Below, one piece after another: positions 44,715-54,095 of a stretch of DNA of 56,846 bases. The position numbers and the translations under genes were made by a program. The DNA is taken from IMG/VR virus record IMGVR_UViG_3300045988_088058, positions 1 to 56,846 of that record; one strand, 5' to 3'. This stretch comes from a virus. A model generated the notes under the pieces. The model did no database searches, was not told the DNA's origin, and saw only the letters and a program-made list of their open reading frames with translations. Numbering within the stretch: position 1 is the stretch's first letter; every line of letters starts with the position of its first letter.

Positions 44715-45543
44715 CTTTAATCCTCCTGATAAATTCGTTTACGCAGACACGCGCATTTGAACCTTTTTTAGAAACCTTTCGAAGGCACCTGGAAGCCTCT
44801 CTTACTAAAAGGTCGTGAGCTTGTATTTCATCAAAAGTCATTTCTTTGTAGTTCTTTCGAATAACAATTGTCGACCAATTTAGCAGACAATTGAGAAAGA
44901 GTTTTGGTTCAATTTTCCCTTCGTCAGCTTCTTTGAACTTGAGCCAATTAGTGACCTTCAACGAATTGCTGGCACTTGCCTCCCAGATTAAATCATAAAA
45001 TGTCGTCACCTTTTCGAAAATTTCTTCCGCTCCATACACCAGTATGTCTTCTAGCATTTGAAGGTTACTAGCAAGATTGCAATAATCAACAATTGCACGA
45101 CCGTCAAGTCCTGAAGTATCTATCTTCTTATAAGACTTGACAAACAGAATCTTTTCTTCGCTAGTATAGGGCAACATTGTTAGAACCTTTGCTCGACTTG
45201 CAAGCGTAGGCAAGGCATTGTTAATGCTATCAACTGTCATAGCTATATGACAATTTAAAGGCGGTTCTTCAGCTATTTTCAAAAGCGAATTTAATGCAGA
45301 CATTGAAAGGTTATTTCCATCTATCACATAAATTCGTGACTTAAAAATAGACCGAGCGTCTTCAATAATATTTCGAATATCATCTACGCTAGTTCCTACG
45401 ACAATGGAGTCTGCGTCAAATTTAGACGAAATATATCGAACCAGTGTTTTTCGACCCGAGCCTACCTCGCCTTCGACGATTATAAATTTTGGGAGCTGTT
45501 CCCATTTAGAGATAGTAGATTTAACAATCTCTTGTCCAATCAT
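44707..45543 (-). CDS. holB: Clamp-loader delta-prime-like AAA+ subunit
   Basis: 278 aa; GEVGSGRKT P-loop; MSALNSLLKIAEEPP and LASRAKV motifs. Confidence 0.6.
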   Translation of the reverse strand: MIGQEIVKSTISKWEQLPKFIIVEGEVGSGRKTLVRYISSKFDADSIVVGTSVDDIRNIIEDARSIFKSRIYVIDGNNLSMSALNSLLKIAEEPPLNCHIAMTVDSINNALPTLASRAKVLTMLPYTSEEKILFVKSYKKIDTSGLDGRAIVDYCNLASNLQMLEDILVYGAEEIFEKVTTFYDLIWEASASNSLKVTNWLKFKEADEGKIEPKLFLNCLLNWSTIVIRKNYKEMTFDEIQAHDLLVREASRCLRKVSKKGSNARVCVNEFIRRIKVE

Positions 45544-45544
45544 A

Positions 45545-46570
45545 TCACTCCTCCTTACTCATTAAAAGAAGCTTCGTTTCAATTATTGGCTTAGCATTAG
45601 GTTCCCACTTAACAACTCCAGCAAGTTCATTCATTTCTTCAAGCATCCACAATATCGTAGCATATTGAAAGGCTTCACAGAAATATTCTAACTTGCTTTC
45701 AAAATGAGCAGGAAGCTGAGTGATGGAAATATCGCGAACTAGCCAATACTTGCAAACTTCTAAAAGGAAATCCGTGAAGTTTCGAGTAACTAATTTCAGG
45801 TCTTTTCCTGAATAGTGGAAGTCGTTTACAATTTCCAAGCATTTAGATCCGTCATAGTTGGCAATGGCTTCAACAAGTGAAGCGAATGTTTCATAGTCAG
45901 GAACTCCTAGTGCATTAGAAACGGCTTCCATATCTACGTGATGGCTATAATCTAGAACTTTTTCTAGCCTAGTTATGCTGTCACGCATTCCGCCATTTGC
46001 AAGTTTACCAATAAACGAAAGAGCGTCACGCTCATAACTATAATTAGCGCCTTCTTCGTTCTCGCTTTCGATAATAAATTCAAGCTGATTGACGATGTCA
46101 TCATTATCAATTCGAGTGAAGTCAAATCGCTGAACACGACTGAGAATAGTGTCAGGAATTTTTTGTGGGTCAGTAGTACATAGAATGAACACGGTTCCAG
46201 ACGAAGGTTCTTCTAGTGTTTTCAAAAGGGCATTGAATGCTCCAGTTGAAAGCATATGAACCTCGTCGATGATATAAACCTTGAACTCACTATCCATAGC
46301 CTTATATCTAGAATCTTCAATAATGTTTCGAACATTTTCTACTCCGTTATTAGAAGCGGCATCAATTTCAATAGGAGAACCGAGTCCTTTATTCACGTCC
46401 TTTGCAAAAATTCGAGCCGTAGTAGTTTTCCCAGTTCCAGCTCCTCCACAAAATAGATATCCGTGTTTAATTGCACCATTTTGCAACTGATTTAAAAGAA
46501 TTTCTTTGACATATTCTTGTGCTACAACCTCCTCGAATGTTTGAGGACGGTATTTAGAAGCTAAATTCAT
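45545..46570 (-). CDS. dnaX: Clamp-loader ATPase (DnaX gamma/tau-like)
   Basis: 341 aa; KYRPQTFEEVVAQ, GGAGTGKTT, IIDEVHML, SRVQRFDF. Confidence 0.82.
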   Translation of the reverse strand: MNLASKYRPQTFEEVVAQEYVKEILLNQLQNGAIKHGYLFCGGAGTGKTTTARIFAKDVNKGLGSPIEIDAASNNGVENVRNIIEDSRYKAMDSEFKVYIIDEVHMLSTGAFNALLKTLEEPSSGTVFILCTTDPQKIPDTILSRVQRFDFTRIDNDDIVNQLEFIIESENEEGANYSYERDALSFIGKLANGGMRDSITRLEKVLDYSHHVDMEAVSNALGVPDYETFASLVEAIANYDGSKCLEIVNDFHYSGKDLKLVTRNFTDFLLEVCKYWLVRDISITQLPAHFESKLEYFCEAFQYATILWMLEEMNELAGVVKWEPNAKPIIETKLLLMSKEE

Positions 46571-46926
46571 TTTCTTAAAAGCCTTTCTGCAACCCTTACA
46601 GCAAACGGACAGTCGTAAGGAAGCCCCATTCCAGTATTTCCATCAAACTGCTTAAATTCCTTATAGAGAACAGTTTGACGAAACTCTTCAGGGTGTTTAA
46701 CCATTAAGGAGTACAGTTCGTGGCTCCACTTGTCATACTGCCCGTCTGCTATAATTGAGTCATTAAAATAATAATAGATACAACTATGGACAAGAACTTG
46801 ACGCTCTCTGCGGTTCATAAGCTCAACCACTTGTCCATCAATTGGTTTTTTAGGTTTCGGAACGGTTCTTGCCTTCCGCTTGACAACCGGAGGACCAGGT
46901 TTCGAACCAAATAGCGATTTCTGCAC
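46567..46926 (-). CDS. Small protein resembling the Ia (NMN-binding) domain of NAD-dependent DNA ligase
   Basis: 119 aa; HSCIYYYFNDSIIADGQYDKWSHELYSLMVKHPEE aligns with the LigA pattern H..Y.Y...D.P.I.D.EYD.L..EL..L...HPE. Confidence 0.4.
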   Translation of the reverse strand: MQKSLFGSKPGPPVVKRKARTVPKPKKPIDGQVVELMNRRERQVLVHSCIYYYFNDSIIADGQYDKWSHELYSLMVKHPEEFRQTVLYKEFKQFDGNTGMGLPYDCPFAVRVAERLLRK

Positions 46927-48086
46927 TAACTTTCTTCCTGAGTAATGATATTGTGAACCGCAGTCATTATCATATCAAATAAATAGTCATCTTCCTTGAG
47001 GCGTCTAACTAGATTAGCCTTACCTTGGAACTTCAACGGCTCTTCGTCTTCATCTGCCATAATTTCTCCAGTTTCAAGGTCGACTATACTGAACCAAGCT
47101 CCTGCTTTTTGAATAACTCCAAACTCAACTGCAACATCTACAAGGTCATTTTCAATTTGAATCCCTTCGTGATATGAAAGAGTGTAGGAAACCAATTTTC
47201 TATCAGGCTTGAATGCTTTAGTCTTTTCGACGAATGACTCTACAATATTTCCGGCAGGGTTTCGAGCAGTTCGTGTTAAAGATGCTCCGTTTTCGTCAAG
47301 GTAATCGCCTTTTCTAAATTTCAATCGAACTGCACAAGCATGCTTCCACATCTTTCCGCCTGGAGTAGAGTAGGCATTGTACTGACTATTCATATCTTCG
47401 CGGATTTGGTTGATGCCTAAGAAAATAGCATTGTACCTAGTGAGAAGAGGAGTGACTTTTCGACTGAATTCAGTAAGCGGAGCCGATATTCCTGCATAGG
47501 CTTTTTTGGTAAGTTCTTCGTCTATAAGATTTTGGCTTACCATGTAAGGTAACGAGTCAAGGACTACTAGCCCGACTTCACCTGTTTCAAAAATGTCTAG
47601 AACGTATTGAAGTATTTCCTCAGCACTATTCATTTCAGGTCGAACGATCCACATATTATCGACATCAACGCCTATTTTCTTCGCCCACTCAGTGTCTAAT
47701 GTATTTTCAAGGTCGAGGTACACAATTTTGAGAGGCTCCTGTAAGCTATCAAGTTGCATTTCAAGTTCCTTGATAGCAGTCTTGCTAGCTTTAGACGCAC
47801 GCGCATTTTCCAGCTTTTCCTTGAGTTCTTCAGTCTTCTGTTCCCACTCCTGCTCGAATACCATTTGCGCATTCTTGACAATGTCGAGAGCTGAAGTAGT
47901 CTTACCACTTGACTCAGGACCGAAAAATTCAACTACCCTTTTTCGAGGAAGTCCACCATAGGTTTGATAATTCATAGAAGGAGCAGAAAAAGGAATTCTT
48001 GGAAGAGCTTCACGTTCAAGTCCTTGAACTGCTACAAGAGCTTTCGAATCCTTATTCCAATCCTTCATCAACTGTTCTAGTTTCAT
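46926..48086 (-). CDS. recA: RecA-family recombinase
   Basis: 386 aa; FGPESSGKTT Walker A, VVLDSL Walker B; insertion after the P-loop. Confidence 0.8.
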   Translation of the reverse strand: MKLEQLMKDWNKDSKALVAVQGLEREALPRIPFSAPSMNYQTYGGLPRKRVVEFFGPESSGKTTSALDIVKNAQMVFEQEWEQKTEELKEKLENARASKASKTAIKELEMQLDSLQEPLKIVYLDLENTLDTEWAKKIGVDVDNMWIVRPEMNSAEEILQYVLDIFETGEVGLVVLDSLPYMVSQNLIDEELTKKAYAGISAPLTEFSRKVTPLLTRYNAIFLGINQIREDMNSQYNAYSTPGGKMWKHACAVRLKFRKGDYLDENGASLTRTARNPAGNIVESFVEKTKAFKPDRKLVSYTLSYHEGIQIENDLVDVAVEFGVIQKAGAWFSIVDLETGEIMADEDEEPLKFQGKANLVRRLKEDDYLFDMIMTAVHNIITQEES

Positions 48087-48577
48087 TAGAAATCACCTGT
48101 GCTTCCATGTCCTCCTCGAGCCACATTTCCTAAAGATTCTACGAAATTGAACTTGATAGCAGGTTGCTTTTCTTGAATTCTAAATTGGGCAATTCTTTGG
48201 TCGTAGAAGATATCTGCGTCACGAGTAGCATACCAAACTGAGAACCATTCATCAGTGTCGCCTTTGTAACCTTCGTCAATCACTCCACTCGAAACAAATA
48301 CTAGTCCAGTTTTCCTGAAAAGACTTGAACGAGGGTGCAAGATAGCTTCATGTCCTTTAGGTAGCTCTAAAGCAAAGCCGTGTGCAATTTTAATGCTTTC
48401 ACCGGCTGCGACTGAATAAACCTGCCCTTTTTGAAGAACTGTTCGACATTTTGAAACCTGATTGTCGTCAGCGTCGATTCTAGTAATTGCACTGACTCGA
48501 ACATCTACCCAATCACCTGTAAATTTTAATCGGTCAAGTTTCAGGTCAATCATTTTCACGTTTACGTCTTTTGACAT
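48086..48577 (-). CDS. dut: dUTPase
   Basis: 163 aa; GVIDEGYKGD and RGGHGSTG motifs. Confidence 0.85.
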   Translation of the reverse strand: MSKDVNVKMIDLKLDRLKFTGDWVDVRVSAITRIDADDNQVSKCRTVLQKGQVYSVAAGESIKIAHGFALELPKGHEAILHPRSSLFRKTGLVFVSSGVIDEGYKGDTDEWFSVWYATRDADIFYDQRIAQFRIQEKQPAIKFNFVESLGNVARGGHGSTGDF

Positions 48578-49112
48578 TTAATACTCCTTTTGAATTATTA
48601 GATTGAGTTTCTAACTCTGCTAGTTGCCATGTTTGAATACGTTTTAAAGATGCTAATACTTTGTCAGCTTGCTCAAGTTTTAATTGAACTTTTTTGTAAG
48701 CCCGTTTATAAGCATTTTCAATAACTTCTTCATTCATAACAAGTTTTCTAGTTTCAGCTTGCTTATCAGGAATAGTTTTCCCGGCGGCTAAAATATAAAG
48801 ATTATCGTACTTTTCTTTTCGAATTGCAGAACTTGAATCCATTTGAATTCCAACCATTTCTGCTCGGTCTGCTGCAAAATATAGAAGAGTAGGAAGATAG
48901 CCTATATAGTAATTTAAGTCTTCTATAACGACGGGATTCTGACTTACGACAAATTGAATTTCTTCCATTGCCTGGTCAAGTGGACCACAGGCTGCTTGGA
49001 CAATTTCATCTACGACTTTATTGATAATATCACCATAAGAATCCGCTACATTTTGAGCATCACGGATTTCCTCTTCGCGTATATCAATTTGAGGTAATTT
49101 AGGTCTTGCCAT
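48546..49112 (-). CDS. Hypothetical protein
   Basis: Start moved to MARPKL with SD AAGGAGAG; 188 aa. Confidence 0.55.
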   Translation of the reverse strand: MARPKLPQIDIREEEIRDAQNVADSYGDIINKVVDEIVQAACGPLDQAMEEIQFVVSQNPVVIEDLNYYIGYLPTLLYFAADRAEMVGIQMDSSSAIRKEKYDNLYILAAGKTIPDKQAETRKLVMNEEVIENAYKRAYKKVQLKLEQADKVLASLKRIQTWQLAELETQSNNSKGVLNVKRRKREND

Positions 49113-49590
49113 CTTGTCTCTCCTTGTAATGAAGCTCAACTGCATCTAGAACATTTTGGAAAGGAATGGTCAATCTAGTTCGACGCTTCTTGTAAGAAAC
49201 TTCATACCCTGCATCGATGAAGTTCGGGTTGACGCTTCTAACTCCAGACCGTTTAATTTTCTCAAGGCTTGAAATTGGATACCATATAATCTTTTCATGC
49301 TTTTGGAAATACACTAAAATTCCGGCGAGAATAAATTTGCATCCATCTGCGCGTGATAACTGGAACCATTGATTTTCAGTAATATTGTTGAAACTCAAAG
49401 AAGCTTCTTTAGTAGTTTTCAGTTCAATAAACAAGGTTCCAAAGTTAGTTGCGGCTATATAATCGCAGGGATTTGCAACTCCTCGAAATCCATTAGTGGT
49501 ATCATATAGACGGACCGTAAAAGCATCTTTCTCAAAGTTCTTTGCGCCTTCGAAGAAATCCTCTTCAAACATTTTTCCAGTATAGCTCAA
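49099..49590 (-). CDS. recU: RecU-like Holliday junction resolvase
   Basis: 163 aa; G.MFEE..., then DYIAATNFGTLFIELKTTKEASLSFNNITENQ parallels the RecU DY.G...IDFEAKET...F core. Confidence 0.65.
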   Translation of the reverse strand: MSYTGKMFEEDFFEGAKNFEKDAFTVRLYDTTNGFRGVANPCDYIAATNFGTLFIELKTTKEASLSFNNITENQWFQLSRADGCKFILAGILVYFQKHEKIIWYPISSLEKIKRSGVRSVNPNFIDAGYEVSYKKRRTRLTIPFQNVLDAVELHYKERQDGKT

Positions 49591-50363
49591 AGATTTCTAC
49601 CTTCCTTTCTGCAGTATGGGCAATAAGCTGAAGAACAATAGATTTTAGGACTTTCGCCTTTCTCTACATACTCTTCGCAGGTTGTAAGTTTTTCAAGAAC
49701 TTGATTTTTCATTTCATCAGTGATGTGAAAAGTATAGGCTTTCTTTTCGAAGTTATCTCGATTTTCATAGAGAAACATGACATCGTCAACTCCTAGACAC
49801 ATTCCGTAGCAAGTGGCCTGCATTTTATGCTCTTCATATGGCTCAGTATGCTTAGTGAACTTGAACATAGTTTCAGTCTTAATCTCTAAAATATAGAGCT
49901 TGCCTCTGTATCGAATCAGTCCATCACATAGAAATGAGAGTTGAAGAAGCTCGTTCTTACACTTGGTTTCATAGTCGTTTTTCTTGAAGCGCTCGTCGAC
50001 AATAGTTCCCTCAACGGGATTTTTATCTAAAAATTCTGCTACATTTAACCACTCAAAGTCGTTTTCGATTGAGGACATTTTAACGAGATATTCTTGAAGA
50101 ACCTCATGCCTAAAAGTTCCAGCTTCGCCCATTGCTACAAGATTAGAATCGGCGTTGCTTCGAATAGCTTGACCAGTTCTTTCAAAGTACATTTGACGAA
50201 GACATCCTCCTACACCGCTAGGCTTATAATAAGTCGAAGGTTTATACTCAGGTTGCGTCCTTTCAATAACCTGCGTCAGTGAATTGACAAAAGAGGAAGC
50301 AGGACCTTCACTATTTCCTGCTCTGACCATCTTTGCAATTCTAGTTAAATTAGACTTAACCAT
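49587..50363 (-). CDS. Cas4/RecB-like PD-(D/E)XK exonuclease with Fe-S cysteines
   Basis: 258 aa; N-terminal GGCLRQ Cys; D...ILEIKT core; C-terminal CSSAYCPYC. Confidence 0.68.
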   Translation of the reverse strand: MVKSNLTRIAKMVRAGNSEGPASSFVNSLTQVIERTQPEYKPSTYYKPSGVGGCLRQMYFERTGQAIRSNADSNLVAMGEAGTFRHEVLQEYLVKMSSIENDFEWLNVAEFLDKNPVEGTIVDERFKKNDYETKCKNELLQLSFLCDGLIRYRGKLYILEIKTETMFKFTKHTEPYEEHKMQATCYGMCLGVDDVMFLYENRDNFEKKAYTFHITDEMKNQVLEKLTTCEEYVEKGESPKIYCSSAYCPYCRKEGRNL

Positions 50364-51436
50364 TATTCTTCAGGTTCTTGAAGCGCCAAGAAGTAAATGA
50401 CACCGTTCGAGGAAATCTTAATTGCGTTTTCGCTTCCATAAGAGACAGTGAAGTTTTCTTCGGTGACAGTTGATACAATTTCCTTCAAAAGCAAGCTATT
50501 AAGGTGGCAAGTGAATTCCTTTTTCGAAACCTTTTTCCCTGCGGCTGGGTAAACAATGTCTTCATAACTGCTTGTAGAAGTCTTAATTCGAAGTCGATCT
50601 TTTAAGAAAAGAAGTTCGACAGTTCCTTTATCGAAAGCAGAAGTGAACAGCACAAGACGATCTAATACGCTCATGATTTGTGAAGTAGGAACGGCTGCGT
50701 CGTCAATGAACTCGATTTGGTCAAGCTGTGACACGTCTTCATAGTCTTCCATTCCTTCCATCAATTTTCCGTAAATTTCAACTGAAGCGGATGAAATGTA
50801 AACCGTATTGCTATCAATTTGCCAGAAGTACATTTTCTCGTCAGGAACGCCAGCGAGAATTGCCATCAGGTTGTAAGGAATAAGCATCTCTAATTCCTTT
50901 TCTTCGATAGGGTTGATACATACGCGAATAATGTCTGTCGTAATTGCTTTGCTGTCTTTAAGCAAGAATCCTGTATAAATTCCATCCGCCCCTGATTTAG
51001 ATACCGCAGAATCGTTGATATTAGCAATTCCGTAGAATAATGAACTTTTCAAGGTAAGAGCATTTTCTTCTGTCACATCTTCGAGCAAGTGGTCAAATGT
51101 AGGATACTCTTCATCTTCTGTAACGATATCGATATTATATTCACCGTTCCCGATAACCTTCAACGAAGACTCTTCAGGGACTAAGGTAATAGTTGCAGCA
51201 GTGGTCTTTTCTACAAGTTTTCCAAACTGCTCAGCTTTCACAATCACGTCAATTTCAACGTCGCTGTCAATGATACAGCGAAGGAAATTAGATCCATCAT
51301 ATGCGGTGAACATAACACATTCACCGTCACCAAAAATATGCCAATAGTTTGTAATCTCTAGCAACTTGCTAGGTTTCAACTTATTGAGCTGCGAAACAAT
51401 TTTCGAAAGTTCTTCAGTCTTGAACTTAATACTCAT
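50363..51436 (-). CDS. dnaN: Sliding clamp (DnaN beta-like)
   Basis: 357 aa, the right size; no strong motif; context with the clamp loader. Confidence 0.5.
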   Translation of the reverse strand: MSIKFKTEELSKIVSQLNKLKPSKLLEITNYWHIFGDGECVMFTAYDGSNFLRCIIDSDVEIDVIVKAEQFGKLVEKTTAATITLVPEESSLKVIGNGEYNIDIVTEDEEYPTFDHLLEDVTEENALTLKSSLFYGIANINDSAVSKSGADGIYTGFLLKDSKAITTDIIRVCINPIEEKELEMLIPYNLMAILAGVPDEKMYFWQIDSNTVYISSASVEIYGKLMEGMEDYEDVSQLDQIEFIDDAAVPTSQIMSVLDRLVLFTSAFDKGTVELLFLKDRLRIKTSTSSYEDIVYPAAGKKVSKKEFTCHLNSLLLKEIVSTVTEENFTVSYGSENAIKISSNGVIYFLALQEPEE

Positions 51437-51463
51437 AATATGAGCCTCCTTTTCTTGATATAT

Positions 51464-51495
51464 ATAATATACACGAATTACCGTAAATTTGTAAA
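51464..51495 (-). promoter_or_regulatory. Class-2 promoter motif TTTACA-N14-CGTGTATATT upstream of the clamp gene
   Basis: Nearly identical to the copy at 3737-3768. Confidence 0.55.
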
Positions 51496-51502
51496 CCTGT
51501 TT

Positions 51503-51748
51503 CTAAATAATTTTAAATCTTCTAAGCATATTGAGTTTTGCTTCATAAGTTCCGTTCACGGCAGCCTCCTGCATCTTAAGTACAATGAAAGGAGGTTCAT
51601 CTATATTGTTGAAACTATAGAATGTAAATAACTGGATAATAGCTTCATCGACGCCTATTTTCCCTTCTCGAAAATTCAAGGAAAGTTGACGTTTGAACTC
51701 GACTATTTTTTGATATTCTTGATAGGTTTGAACTTTTCTCATAATCAT
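51503..51748 (-). CDS. Hypothetical protein
   Basis: 81 aa; SD AAAGGA. Confidence 0.5.
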   Translation of the reverse strand: MIMRKVQTYQEYQKIVEFKRQLSLNFREGKIGVDEAIIQLFTFYSFNNIDEPPFIVLKMQEAAVNGTYEAKLNMLRRFKII

Positions 51749-51756
51749 GGTCCTTT

Positions 51757-51900
51757 CTATAATACATTGTATCCAATCGCTTTCATATCTTGAGCCTCTT
51801 TCAAAATTGCTTGCTCCAAGTTGTCTTCGTATTCAACGTACTTTATAAGGTAAGCGTTAGCCGCTTCTAAGTAGAACTTGACTCTTTGAACTTTTGTCAT
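51757..51900 (-). CDS. 47-aa ORF directly after an early promoter (absent from ORF track)
   Basis: MTKVQRVKFYLEAANAYLIKYVEYEDNLEQAILKEAQDMKAIGYNVL; conserved cassette leader with SD AAAGGGG. Confidence 0.5.
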   Translation of the reverse strand: MTKVQRVKFYLEAANAYLIKYVEYEDNLEQAILKEAQDMKAIGYNVL

Positions 51901-51937
51901 TTTGTTTACCCCTTTATTTGTTTTTCTTTATAGTTAC

Positions 51938-51994
51938 ATTATACGATAATGAAATAATAAAGTCAAGCATTTTTGTGTAAAAAGTTGAACTTTT
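51938..51994 (-). promoter_or_regulatory. Early promoter cassette copy
   Basis: -10 51938-51943, -35 51961-51966, box 51980-51994. Confidence 0.8.
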
Positions 51995-51996
51995 TT

Positions 51997-52027
51997 ACAA
52001 AAAAAAATAAGAGCGAAAAGCTCTTAT
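51997..52027 (-). terminator. Rho-independent terminator ending the deazaguanine operon
   Basis: ATAAGAGC-ttttc-GCTCTTAT then T8, immediately after the dpdA-like stop. Confidence 0.85.
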
Positions 52028-52963
52028 CTAAAATAGTCGACGTTGACGATTTTTAATTCCTTTGAATTCATAGTTCTCTGCCCAATCCAGCATGTATTGA
52101 ACATTGAACAATGCTCGAAGTTTATAGTCTTCCACTAATTGCTCAAGACTAAAATGCGCTCCAGTTTCTTCGATAATAGATTCGATTTCAACTTGAACTG
52201 GTTTTGGCAGCCTACGAACAGCATCAATTCCTCCGTTCTTCTGTGACAAGTCAACTAGTCCTTTTGAAGTCATAATGTTTCCCATCGCTCCTGTCAACAG
52301 TACAGAAGTCGAGTCGGCGCTATAGAATGGGTGACGCTCTAATTGGCTAGTAACTGTCATCCCGAAAGCGTGAGTCTTAACATCAGGATTAGAACTGTTT
52401 CGAATAACTTGAAATACTCTTTCCATCCACTTGTCTTTGTGCTTCGTAGTCGAGTCATTGGCTGGAGATATTCCGATGTAAGGAATATGCTTGCCGCCTT
52501 CGAACGTAGTTTCAAGCATTAAGTTCAGCCATTTAAAATCTTCTCCCATATGGAAAATAGGCAAGAGCTTATCCTTTTCAATCATTCTCTCGCGCATGTA
52601 TAGATAGTTATCCCAAGAAATTTGTGGCGCCTCTAAAAGCTGTTCACGTGTCTTAGGCTGTCTAAATACACCGGGAATTTTATCGAGTTCGGCGATACAG
52701 TCGAACATTCCTACATTATCATTGACGTATTCAATGTAGGCGTCAATATCAACTTCAGCTCCCTTAGTATGAGCAGAATATGCACTAGAGTCGACGAATA
52801 GTTTAGAAGTGGTTCCAGGATTGTTCTTCTTGTGTTCAATCCACCTCTTGCCAATTCCGTTTCTTTCGTATAGCTGATTAAAAAGTCGATTAGCTCCTCG
52901 CTCTTTTAAATAATCGTCAGTGCTAATAGCATGCCCTCCGGCAAAGTACAAATTGAATCCCAT
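52028..52963 (-). CDS. dpdA: DpdA-like (TGT-superfamily) DNA guanine transglycosylase
   Basis: 311 aa. Last gene of the que island. FVDSSAYS recalls the catalytic-Asp DSGG motif of TGT; HAFG and ADSTS strand ends; no tRNA-TGT Zn CxCxxC motif seen. Confidence 0.6.
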   Translation of the reverse strand: MGFNLYFAGGHAISTDDYLKERGANRLFNQLYERNGIGKRWIEHKKNNPGTTSKLFVDSSAYSAHTKGAEVDIDAYIEYVNDNVGMFDCIAELDKIPGVFRQPKTREQLLEAPQISWDNYLYMRERMIEKDKLLPIFHMGEDFKWLNLMLETTFEGGKHIPYIGISPANDSTTKHKDKWMERVFQVIRNSSNPDVKTHAFGMTVTSQLERHPFYSADSTSVLLTGAMGNIMTSKGLVDLSQKNGGIDAVRRLPKPVQVEIESIIEETGAHFSLEQLVEDYKLRALFNVQYMLDWAENYEFKGIKNRQRRLF

Positions 52964-52965
52964 TT

Positions 52966-53451
52966 CTACGCTCCAATCATTTTCTTAAAAGCGCTGTTCT
53001 TCGCCAATGTAGATATAACGAAGTATGAAATTAAAACGATAATGGCTTCACTGATTCCTACATAAATGACGGATTCCCAAAATGGCAAAGAGTACACAAT
53101 TCGAAGCTCAAGTGCAATAATGTAAGCATTAGCAAGAACCGGACAGACTAGTGAATACAAAGGGCTCGACATTTTAGCGACTTTCACCATGGAAATAATT
53201 CCAAGGAACGTAGCAAGTGAACCAAAGGCGACATCAATTAGTCCGAGAGGTGAAAAGAAATTTGCAATAATGGTTCCCATAACAATTCCAGGAGTCCATC
53301 TATGATTCCACAAAGGCAAAAGAACTAGAACTTCACTAATTCTAAATTGAACTGGGCCGTAGCTGATTGCAGAAAATGCAATCGTCAATGTAACATACAG
53401 GGAAGCAATAAGAGCAGTTCGAACAAGCCATAAGGTTGCGCTTCTATTCAT
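52966..53451 (-). CDS. queT: QueT-family (COG4708) queuosine-precursor transporter S-component
   Basis: 161 aa; five or six TM helices; pattern typical of QueT; embedded in the que operon. Confidence 0.65.
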   Translation of the reverse strand: MNRSATLWLVRTALIASLYVTLTIAFSAISYGPVQFRISEVLVLLPLWNHRWTPGIVMGTIIANFFSPLGLIDVAFGSLATFLGIISMVKVAKMSSPLYSLVCPVLANAYIIALELRIVYSLPFWESVIYVGISEAIIVLISYFVISTLAKNSAFKKMIGA

Positions 53452-53461
53452 TTTCGTCCTC

Positions 53462-54094
53462 CTATTTGATAAGTTGCATCAATTCAGCTCTAGCTGATGC
53501 GTCATCTTGGAAAAGCCCTCGCATAGTTGAAGTCACTGTCGTTGCTCCATGCTTCTTAATACCGCGTCCGCTCATGCAAGTATGCTCAGCCTCTACGATG
53601 ACTGCAACTGCTTGAGGATTTAGAACTTCCTGAATAGCGTCAGCGATTTGTTGAGTCAAGCGCTCTTGTACTTGAAGTCGTTTAGCATATCCTTCAACCA
53701 CTCGACCGAATTTTGAAAGACCTGTAATCTTATCCTTAGGAATGTATGCAATATGCACCTTCCCTACGAATGGAGCTAAATGATGCTCACACAAAGAGTT
53801 GAAAGGAATATTTTTCACAAGAACAAGATCTTCATGGTCAACGTCAAATGTTTTTTCAAGGTGAAGTTTAGGATCTTCGCGATACCCTACGGTATGTTCT
53901 GCTAGTGCCTTTACAAAACGGAACGGAGTATCTTGTAGTCCGTCACGTTCAGAGTCATCGCCTAATAGGCTGAACAGACCTTGAATAGCCGATTCTGCAT
54001 TGTCAAGGGCGACAATTTCATTTGTCTTAAGAGAAGAAAATCCATTTTCTCTTCCTAGTAAGTCGCCGATTTTATCTAATTGTTCAATTTTCAT
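53462..54094 (-). CDS. folE: GTP cyclohydrolase I
   Basis: Start moved to MKIEQL with SD AGGAG (the track ORF extends into queE); SLCEHHLAPF zinc motif. Confidence 0.9.
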   Translation of the reverse strand: MKIEQLDKIGDLLGRENGFSSLKTNEIVALDNAESAIQGLFSLLGDDSERDGLQDTPFRFVKALAEHTVGYREDPKLHLEKTFDVDHEDLVLVKNIPFNSLCEHHLAPFVGKVHIAYIPKDKITGLSKFGRVVEGYAKRLQVQERLTQQIADAIQEVLNPQAVAVIVEAEHTCMSGRGIKKHGATTVTSTMRGLFQDDASARAELMQLIK

Positions 54095-54095
54095 T

